A stretch of 59,658 bases of DNA, counting the filler. It is 6 parts of 6 records of this genome, joined end to end, with 100 filler letters (N's around TTAATTAATTAA, not from the genome) between each part and the next. Parts side by side here need not be neighbours in the genome. Positions count along the whole stretch, not along the records: positions 49,302 to 54,439 come from SRR31156797_21640; positions 54,540 to 59,658 come from SRR31156797_21649; 4 more parts are not named here. One strand, written 5' to 3'. Within the stretch, counting starts at the first letter, position 1. Each line of letters starts with the position of its first letter. Below are positions 52,789 to 59,658 of the stretch, one piece after another. A model generated the notes under the pieces. It was not told the origin of the DNA. It saw nothing but the letters and a program-made list of their open reading frames with translations, and did no database searches. The position numbers and the translations under genes are program-made.

Positions 52789-53703
52789 CTAGAAATATCC
52801 TTCGCGCTTCTTCTGTTCCATGCTGGCTTCCTGGTCAAAATCGATGACGCGTGTTGTTCGTTCGGATTCTGTGGTCGTCATCATTTCTTCAACGATCTTC
52901 TCGATAGTATCGGCTTCGGACTCAACAGCACCCGTCAGAGGGTAGCAACCCAATGTTCTGAATCGAACCATTTTCATTTCAGCTTTATCCGCCAATTCTT
53001 TGGGCATACGCTCATCATCAACCAAAACCAAAGCACCGTTATATTTTACAACAGGTCTTGGTTTTGCATAATACAATGGGACAATGGGAATATTCTCCAA
53101 ACGTATGTATTGCCAGACGTCCAATTCAGTCCAGTTCGAGATGGGAAACACACGAATGGATTCACCCTTCATGACGCGGGTATTGTAATTCGCCCAGAGC
53201 TCGGGACGCTGATTTTTGGGATCCCATTGATGGAACTGATCACGGAAAGAAAAGATACGTTCTTTTGCACGTGATTTTTCTTCATCCCTGCGGGCACCAC
53301 CGAATGCGGCATCAAAACCGTGTTTTTCAAGCCCGGCAAGTAAAGCCTGGGTTTTCATGATATCGGTATGAACTTTTGAACCGTGAGTAAAGGGCCCTAC
53401 TCCGCTTTCGAATCCTTCTTTGTTATAATGAACGATCAGGTCCCAGCCCTTTTCCTTGGCATAGCTGTCCCTGAAATCGATCATTTCTGTAAACTTCCAT
53501 TTGGAATCAATATGCATCAGCGGGAAGGGAACCTTACCCGGTGAAAATGCCTTTTCTGCCAAACGAACCATCACGGATGAATCCTTGCCAATAGAATATA
53601 GCATCACAGGATTTTCAAATTCTGCCGCTACTTCACGGATAATGTGAATAGCCTCGGCTTCAAGTTCTCTCAAATGCGAGAGTGAATAATTTTCTTTTTT
53701 CAT
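52789..53703 (-). CDS. cysD: Sulfate adenylyltransferase subunit 2
   Basis: [31 protein letters not shown] and [11 protein letters not shown]. Confidence 0.97.
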   Translation of the reverse strand: MKKENYSLSHLRELEAEAIHIIREVAAEFENPVMLYSIGKDSSVMVRLAEKAFSPGKVPFPLMHIDSKWKFTEMIDFRDSYAKEKGWDLIVHYNKEGFESGVGPFTHGSKVHTDIMKTQALLAGLEKHGFDAAFGGARRDEEKSRAKERIFSFRDQFHQWDPKNQRPELWANYNTRVMKGESIRVFPISNWTELDVWQYIRLENIPIVPLYYAKPRPVVKYNGALVLVDDERMPKELADKAEMKMVRFRTLGCYPLTGAVESEADTIEKIVEEMMTTTESERTTRVIDFDQEASMEQKKREGYF

Positions 53704-54305
53704 TTCTTCTCGATAATATGGTTATCTACTAAATAATCTATAACGACTTTTGTCGATTCTTTTAAACTCTGCTCACCGGTGTTCACTTTAACCTCAGGAG
53801 AATTCGGGGCCTCATAAGGTGATGAGATGCCGGTAAAGGCGCTTATTTCGTTGTTTCGTGCCTTTTTATACAAACCTTTGACATCACGTTGTTCGCAAAT
53901 ATCAAGCGGACAGTCAACATATACTTCTATAAATTGTCCTTGTTCCAGGATATCTCTCACCGCTTTTCTATCCGCTTTGAAAGGTGAAATAAAGGCGGTC
54001 AGCGTGATCAAACCTGCGTCGACGAAAAGCTTGCTGACCTCTCCGATACGACGGATATTTTCTTTACGGTCTTCGTCTGAAAATCCAAGATCACCATTCA
54101 ATCCGTGGCGCACATTGTCACCATCCAGGACATAACAAAGCTGTCCCATGTTGTAAAGTTCTTTTTCAACCGCAGCGGCCAGCGTGCTCTTGCCAGAACC
54201 TGAAAGTCCGGTGAACCACAGGCAAACGCCCTTCTGTTCCAGCAGTGCTTCTCGCTTCTTACGATCGATGTCCCCTTCGTGCCATTTAACGTTTGTGGAT
54301 CTCAT
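53700..54305 (-). CDS. cysC: Adenylyl-sulfate kinase
   Basis: [32 protein letters not shown] and [11 protein letters not shown]. Confidence 0.97.
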   Translation of the reverse strand: MRSTNVKWHEGDIDRKKREALLEQKGVCLWFTGLSGSGKSTLAAAVEKELYNMGQLCYVLDGDNVRHGLNGDLGFSDEDRKENIRRIGEVSKLFVDAGLITLTAFISPFKADRKAVRDILEQGQFIEVYVDCPLDICEQRDVKGLYKKARNNEISAFTGISSPYEAPNSPEVKVNTGEQSLKESTKVVIDYLVDNHIIEKK

Positions 54306-54439
54306 TTTTTCAATGCCTCCAGGAAAGGTAAAAGATGTACGCGCTGTACATTCATACCCAGTTCGATATCGGCTTTATTGGCACCGTGAAAATCGGATCC
54401 TGTGGTGACCAACAGATCATATTTTTTGGCATAGCCAAG
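54302..54439 (-). CDS. 3' end of a PHP-domain phosphoesterase (partial, not in ORF track)
   Basis: The minus frame reads LGYAKKYDLLVTTGSDFHGANKADIELG...LEALKK-TGA. GSDFHG is the PHP C-terminal motif. ATGA overlap with cysC. Confidence 0.8.
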   Translation of the reverse strand, partial: LGYAKKYDLLVTTGSDFHGANKADIELGMNVQRVHLLPFLEALKK

Positions 54440-54539
54440 NNNNNNNNNNNNNNNNNNNNNNNNNNNNNNNNNNNNNNNNNNNNTTAATTAATTAANNNNN
54501 NNNNNNNNNNNNNNNNNNNNNNNNNNNNNNNNNNNNNNN
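54440..54539. other. Artificial contig spacer
   Basis: N44-TTAATTAATTAA-N44. Confidence 0.98.
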
Positions 54540-54883
54540 GGATCATCATCCTGGACGAACCCACGGCGGGACAGGACTATCGCCACTATACCAGGATCAT
54601 GGAGTTCGTCAACGAGATCAACGGCCTGGGGGTCGCCATCATCCTGATCACCCACGATATGCATCTGATGCTGGAGTACGCCTCCCGTGGGGTCGTTATC
54701 GCCGACGGCCGCAAGATCGCCGACGCCAGGCCCAGCGAGATCCTGACGGACGGGGATGTCATCGAACGGGCCAATCTCAAGGAGACCTCTCTCTACGCCC
54801 TGAGCCAGATGGCGGGCATCGGAGACGGCACGGCCTTTGTGCAGAACTTCATAGATTACGAACGGAGAGAAAGACGCGCATGA
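54540..54883 (+). CDS. ECF transporter ATPase (3' part, 5' truncated)
   Basis: IIILDEPTAGQDYRHYTRIMEF...ITHDMHLMLEY...ANLKETSLY. Confidence 0.88.
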
Positions 54884-55713
54884 GCCGGCCCCTTTTTTCT
54901 TACCACTTTCTGGATACGCCCATACACAAGCTCTCGGGGCTGACGAAGCTTCTCTCCTTCCTGCTCCTCACCTTCGCCGTGATGTTCAGCTATGACATAC
55001 GGGTCGTTACGGCGATCATGTTTTTTTCCCTGTACATCATGCGCACGGCGCGGATACGCTACTCCCAGATACGCCTGATGGTCATTTATGTGACCTTTTT
55101 CATCCTGACCAATGCGGTGATCACCTATTTTTTCTCTCCCGAGGAGGGGGTGAAGATCTACGGCAGCCGCCATGTGATCCTGGAGGGAATAGGACGCTAC
55201 TCCCTGACCATGGAACAGCTCCTCTATCAGGGAACCAAGCTGTTGAAATACGTCTCGGTCATTCCCCTGGGGATCACGTTCCTTCTGACCACCCACCCCA
55301 GTGAGTTCGCCTCGGCCCTCAACGGCATCGGGGTCCATTACAAGGCCGCCTATGCGGTCTCCCTGACCCTGCGTTATTTCCCCGATATCCAGAGGGAGTA
55401 CAGGAACATCAGCCTCTCCCAGCAGGCCAGGGGGCTGGATATGTCCCGCAAGGCCGGTTTTATGACTAGGGTGAAGAACTCCCTTCTCATCATAATCCCC
55501 CTGGTCTTCTCCACCCTGGACCGGGTGGAACTGATCAGCAACGCCATGGATCTCAGAGGCTTCGGCAAGCTTAAGAAACGCAGCTGGTTCAGCAGGAAGA
55601 AACTCGGGGCCGCCGATTTTGCGGCCCTGGTTCTTTCGGTCCTGGTCTTCGGGGGAACCCTTTGGGTCTCGGCCTTTGTCAATCATAGCCGCTTCTACAA
55701 TCCCTTCAATTAA
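54880..55713 (+). CDS. ECF transporter T component (CbiQ/EcfT)
   Basis: TTHPSEFA, LRYFP, QQARG and AMDLRGF motifs. Confidence 0.92.
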   Translation: MSRPLFSYHFLDTPIHKLSGLTKLLSFLLLTFAVMFSYDIRVVTAIMFFSLYIMRTARIRYSQIRLMVIYVTFFILTNAVITYFFSPEEGVKIYGSRHVILEGIGRYSLTMEQLLYQGTKLLKYVSVIPLGITFLLTTHPSEFASALNGIGVHYKAAYAVSLTLRYFPDIQREYRNISLSQQARGLDMSRKAGFMTRVKNSLLIIIPLVFSTLDRVELISNAMDLRGFGKLKKRSWFSRKKLGAADFAALVLSVLVFGGTLWVSAFVNHSRFYNPFN

Positions 55714-55737
55714 ACCATATTCAAAGGAGTATCAGTC

Positions 55738-56610
55738 ATGGGTAAAACGATGGAGAACGGAATGGAAAAGCCAATCCTTGTGTTTCAGACGGACTTCACT
55801 TACAAGGAGGGCGCCGTCTGTTCCATGTACGGCGTAGTCAAGTCGGTGGACCGCTCCCTGGAGATCATGACGGGCACCCACGAGCTGCCCCCCTTCGATA
55901 CCTGGTGCGCCTCCTACCGCCTCTATCAGTCCATGAAGTTCTGGCCCGAGGGGACCGTCTTCGTGTCAGTGGTGGATCCCGGGGTGGGGACTCCCCGGAA
56001 GGCCTCTGTCGCCCTGACGGAGAACGGCTACTATATCGTCAGCCCCGATAACGGTTCGCTGACCCATGTGGCCGCTGAGTTCGGTATCAGCGAGGTGCGG
56101 GAGATCGATGAATCGGTCAACCGCCTGCGGGGCAAGGATACCGAGGAGGTCAGCATCTTCCACGGCCGGGACCTCTTCGCCTATTGCGCCGCCCGCCTGG
56201 CATCGGGGATCATCGACTTCCAGGGGGTGGGGCCAGCCTATCCGGCGGAAGAGATCGTCCGCCATCCCATCCTCCAGCCCGAGATAAGGGCGGGGGAAAT
56301 CAGGGGCATCTTTGAGATCAACGATCCCAACTTCGGCAACCTCTGGACCAATATCAGCCTGGCCCGTTTCAGGGAGGCCGGGTTCGAGTTCGGGGACCGG
56401 ATAAACCTGAGGATCTGCGAGGACGGACAGGAGCGCTTCAACAGGCCCCTGCTTTTTGAGAAGTCCTTCGGATTCGCTCCCAACGGGGAGCCCATGATCT
56501 ACAACAACGAACTGATGAAGATATCCCTCGCCGTATCCCGGGGGAGCTTCAGCGATGCGTTCGACATCGGCTACGGCCCCGAATGGAGCGTCGAGTTTCG
56601 GAAGGAGTAG
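55738..56610 (+). CDS. DUF62 SAM hydroxide adenosyltransferase (chlorinase/fluorinase family)
   Basis: QTDF, VVDPGVGTPR, PDNG, FHGRDLFA and FGNLWTNI. Confidence 0.9.
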   Translation: MGKTMENGMEKPILVFQTDFTYKEGAVCSMYGVVKSVDRSLEIMTGTHELPPFDTWCASYRLYQSMKFWPEGTVFVSVVDPGVGTPRKASVALTENGYYIVSPDNGSLTHVAAEFGISEVREIDESVNRLRGKDTEEVSIFHGRDLFAYCAARLASGIIDFQGVGPAYPAEEIVRHPILQPEIRAGEIRGIFEINDPNFGNLWTNISLARFREAGFEFGDRINLRICEDGQERFNRPLLFEKSFGFAPNGEPMIYNNELMKISLAVSRGSFSDAFDIGYGPEWSVEFRKE

Positions 56611-56696
56611 GGGCTCACTATACAGTTTAACTATAAATTAAATGAAAAACCTTTTGTCCATGCCTTAGAATTATAAACATATATAAATACATAAGG

Positions 56697-58811
56697 GTGG
56701 ACAATATGATAATCAGGAAACTAAAGCTGGGTCAGAAAATGAACCTTCTGACCTCGATAGCTGTCATCGCCTGCCTGGCGGTCTTCTATCTCTATGTCAG
56801 AACGGAAACCATGGAACTGGCGAATACGGCTGCCCGGGTGGTGGCCCTTGAATACGCCAAGCACCACGGGAAGGCCGTGGAACAGATTTTCGAGGCGACC
56901 CTGAGCGAGACAGCGGCGATGGGAGATTCCCTCACGGCCCTGGCCCTCACCGAATCCGGAGAGCCCTCCAGGGAGCTGGTAAGCTCCATGCTGAAGCACT
57001 GGTATGACAGGGGGCGGCATGAGAGCCGGATCTACGATACCTGGGCGACCTTCGAGCCGGGAGCGTTCGACAGCCGCGATGATGAGTTCGCCGGCAGCGA
57101 TCGCTACGGAGAGACCGGACAGTACAGCGCCTGGATCCTGGAGGACGAGGTCTATCCCTTGACCCTTTCGGGAGATGCGGCGGCCGATATCTGGTATACC
57201 GAACCCAGGGACAGGGGACAGATCACCGTGTCCGATTACTTTCAGTACGAGTATCCCGACGGTTTACAGACGGTGGTGGCCATTTCGACTCCTCTGTTTG
57301 ACAGGCAGAAACGTCATATAGGGGTCGTGGGATGTGACTTTGAGATCGGTTCCATTCATGATGAAATATCATCAGTCAGCATATATGACAGCGGATATCT
57401 GACACTGATTTCCGAGGGAGGCGGGATCGTCTCGACAAAGGACGAAGGGGTTCTGGGACAGGATATCTCCTCCTTCCCGTGGATGACTGCCGACCTGGAA
57501 AAGGAAATCCTGAGCGGCGACGAGTTGAGTTTCCAGTACGATTCGGAGCTGTTGGACGACCAGGTTATCGCCTCGGTGATACCTCTTCACTTCGGACACA
57601 GCGGCAAAACCTGGTATATGATGGTCAGCATCCCCGAGACCGAGATAAGCCGGGACGCCATCCGCCTGGCCAATATACTGCTCCTCTTCTCTCTGGGGAC
57701 GGTTCTGATCCTCGTGCTTATCCTCTCCCTCATTTCCCGCAGCATAACCCGCCCCCTGAACCAGGCCGTTGCCTTCGCCGATGAGATCTCCCAGGGGAAC
57801 CTGAAGAGCTCCCTCGATAACAGCCGCTCCGACGAACTGGGGGATCTGGCCGGGGCCCTGAACAATATGAAGGATAACCTGGTCAATATCATCATCAATA
57901 TCCGCAGCAGCACGGAGCAGTTCCGGGCGGGCAGCAGCCAGCTCAACGGCTCGGCCATACATATATCGGAGGGGGCCAACCAACAGGCGGCCAGCGTGGA
58001 GGAGATCTCCTCCAGCATGGAAGAGCTGATGTCCAACATACAGCAGAATTCAGAAAACTCCGCCCATTCCAACAAGCTCGCTGATGAGGTTTCCGCATCG
58101 GCGTCAGACGGAGGCGAAGCGGTGGTCGAGACGGTTCAGGCCATCAAGGAGATCGCCGAGAAGATCGCCGTCATAGAAGAGATCTCACGGAACACGAACC
58201 TTCTGGCGCTGAACGCCGCCATCGAGGCGGCCAGGGCGGGTGACGCGGGCAAGGGCTTCGCGGTGGTCGCTTCGGAGGTCAGGAAGCTGGCGGAGAACAG
58301 CGCCCGGGCGGCCTCTGAAATTACGGACATTGCCGGCAACAATGTGGCAAAGGCGGAGAACGCCGGACAGATCATCAGCGAGATGGTGCCCCAGATAGGA
58401 AAAACCGCGGAACTGATACAGGAGATTTCGGCGGCCAGCCGTGAGCAGAGCAACGGAGCGGAGCAGGTGAATGAGTCCATTCTCCAGATGAACCAGGTCG
58501 TTCAGAGAAACGTCAGCGTTTCGGAAGAGATGGCCGGAATGGCTGAGGAACTGGACTCTCAGGCCAAGTCCCTGATGGAGCTGATCTCTTTCTTTTCCAT
58601 CAATGATGATGCGAAGGCCTCTTCCTATCAGGTGAGACAGCCTCGGGAGACGGGGACGGAAAGCGCTCCGTCCCTGCCTGCTCCTGAGACCGGGAGCGCA
58701 TCTCCCCCGTCTGAAAGCGGCAATGTTCGCAAGGTGGACGTCGGCCAGATCTCCGTGGGAACCGATCGGGTGAGATCTGATGTTGACGAGAGGGATTTCG
58801 AAGAGTTCTGA
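56697..58811 (+). CDS. Methyl-accepting chemotaxis protein (Cache-HAMP-MA)
   Basis: Two TM helices, WY..P Cache motif, HAMP DELGDL and [26 protein letters not shown]. Confidence 0.95.
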   Translation: MDNMIIRKLKLGQKMNLLTSIAVIACLAVFYLYVRTETMELANTAARVVALEYAKHHGKAVEQIFEATLSETAAMGDSLTALALTESGEPSRELVSSMLKHWYDRGRHESRIYDTWATFEPGAFDSRDDEFAGSDRYGETGQYSAWILEDEVYPLTLSGDAAADIWYTEPRDRGQITVSDYFQYEYPDGLQTVVAISTPLFDRQKRHIGVVGCDFEIGSIHDEISSVSIYDSGYLTLISEGGGIVSTKDEGVLGQDISSFPWMTADLEKEILSGDELSFQYDSELLDDQVIASVIPLHFGHSGKTWYMMVSIPETEISRDAIRLANILLLFSLGTVLILVLILSLISRSITRPLNQAVAFADEISQGNLKSSLDNSRSDELGDLAGALNNMKDNLVNIIINIRSSTEQFRAGSSQLNGSAIHISEGANQQAASVEEISSSMEELMSNIQQNSENSAHSNKLADEVSASASDGGEAVVETVQAIKEIAEKIAVIEEISRNTNLLALNAAIEAARAGDAGKGFAVVASEVRKLAENSARAASEITDIAGNNVAKAENAGQIISEMVPQIGKTAELIQEISAASREQSNGAEQVNESILQMNQVVQRNVSVSEEMAGMAEELDSQAKSLMELISFFSINDDAKASSYQVRQPRETGTESAPSLPAPETGSASPPSESGNVRKVDVGQISVGTDRVRSDVDERDFEEF

Positions 58812-58818
58812 ATAGGGT

Positions 58819-58860
58819 CTCCCGGGGAGGCGCTTCTTAAGAAGGACCGCCCCGGGAAAA
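58819..58860. terminator. GC-rich hairpin between convergent genes
   Basis: CCCGGGG...CTTCTTAAGAAG...CCCCGGG nested palindrome. Confidence 0.5.
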
Positions 58861-58870
58861 GAACCGGGAG

Positions 58871-59658
58871 TCAGTCTGCGTACTTCCGGCAGACGGCGTA
58901 GTTTTTATACCCCCCCGAGAGATTGTAGACTGTCTCAAATCCGGCGTTGATTAAGAGGTTCTGGGCCGCGTTGCCTGTTACGCCCTTGTTGCAGTGGGTG
59001 ACGACGGGCCTGGTTCTGTCCAGCTCTCCCAGCCTGCTCCTGAGCTCGCCCAGGGGGATGTTCACGGCCGTTTCGATATGTCCCTTCTCATAGTCTCCGG
59101 GTGAGCGGACATCCAGGATCTGATACTCCTTCTCCCGCCCGATCAGCCGGAACGGGGTGATGACGGCCCTTCCTCCCGAGATGGCGTTGGACAGGATCAT
59201 ACCCGTGTACATCACCGGATCCTTGGCGGTGGAGAAGGGGGGAGCGTAGCTGAGATCCAGATGAAACAGATCTTCCGCCGAGGCGCCGAATGTGATGGCC
59301 GTGGCGAACACATCCAGGCGTTTGTCCACGCCCCGCTCTCCGATGATCTGCACTCCCAGGAGCTTTCCGCTCTCCCTGTCCGCCAGGGCTTTGATCACCA
59401 TCTCCCTTGATTCGCTGAGGTACTTGCTCTGGTTCTCCTTGATATTGTGAATGACTTCGGTCTTCCCGGGTTCCCAGTCCCTTTCGGTCTTTCCAGTGAA
59501 TCCGATTTCCAAATCGAAGAACTTCAGGATCCCCGTTCCCAGAACACCGCGGAATTCCGCGTTTCCTCCGGAAAGAAGGGTGCCAGCTATCCGTCCCGTT
59601 TTGTTGGCGGTGGAGCCCATGGGGCGGTACATGGCCGTTCCGTCAACAACCGACCAGA
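58871..59658 (-). CDS. CoA-disulfide reductase-like flavoprotein with rhodanese domain (5' truncated)
   Basis: PMGSTANKTGR, LLGVQIIG, DLSYAPPFS, and rhodanese LDVR...GHI...HCNKG...NLSGG. Confidence 0.9.
   Translation of the reverse strand, partial: WSVVDGTAMYRPMGSTANKTGRIAGTLLSGGNAEFRGVLGTGILKFFDLEIGFTGKTERDWEPGKTEVIHNIKENQSKYLSESREMVIKALADRESGKLLGVQIIGERGVDKRLDVFATAITFGASAEDLFHLDLSYAPPFSTAKDPVMYTGMILSNAISGGRAVITPFRLIGREKEYQILDVRSPGDYEKGHIETAVNIPLGELRSRLGELDRTRPVVTHCNKGVTGNAAQNLLINAGFETVYNLSGGYKNYAVCRKYAD

Noticed and set aside
55738-56610. Fluorinase/chlorinase (halogenase) assignment
   Set aside because: The FHGRD motif and the transporter context point to the common DUF62 hydroxide adenosyltransferase. 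No secondary-metabolite genes are adjacent.

Overview
This window is not one genomic locus. It is six unrelated contigs joined by 100-bp artificial spacers (44 N + TTAATTAATTAA + 44 N). Taxonomic calls are inferred from gene content and sequence style. (1) 1-16635 is a Bacteroidales-like anaerobe. It carries an AT-rich small-gene cluster ending in an attC-like hairpin, a PAS histidine kinase, a large T9SS-secreted Omp28/thioredoxin-like protein whose true ORF (8359->5525) reads through an in-frame TGA in a W-U-G-F-C-P motif (probable selenoprotein, truncated in the ORF track), an archaeal-type GatE, SPOR, OstA-like and ferredoxin genes, and hutU. (2) 16736-35923 is a conserved Vibrio core block: potABC, bax, ttcA, uspE, fnr, the cco/fix cluster, and a FIST protein with a hybrid kinase. 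(3) 36024-42030 is Desulfovibrionaceae-like: ald with a sigma54 promoter, a TyrR/PhhR-like activator with four copies of a candidate 16-bp operator, and a sensor kinase. (4) 42131-49201 is a GC-rich deltaproteobacterium-like operon of six exported proteins built from repeated LPP20/FlgT-N-like modules plus LpoB/CsgG-like and COG3014-like lipoproteins. (5) 49302-54439 is a PAPS-synthesis and sulfotransferase operon headed by a PHP-family phosphoesterase. (6) 54540-59658 is spirochaete-like: ECF transporter, DUF62 SAM enzyme, MCP and a CoA-disulfide reductase-rhodanese. The best novelty candidates are the secreted UxxC selenoprotein, the bacterial GatE, the LPP20-module envelope operon and the attC-like site. 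All family assignments come from recognising motifs by eye; no searches were run.
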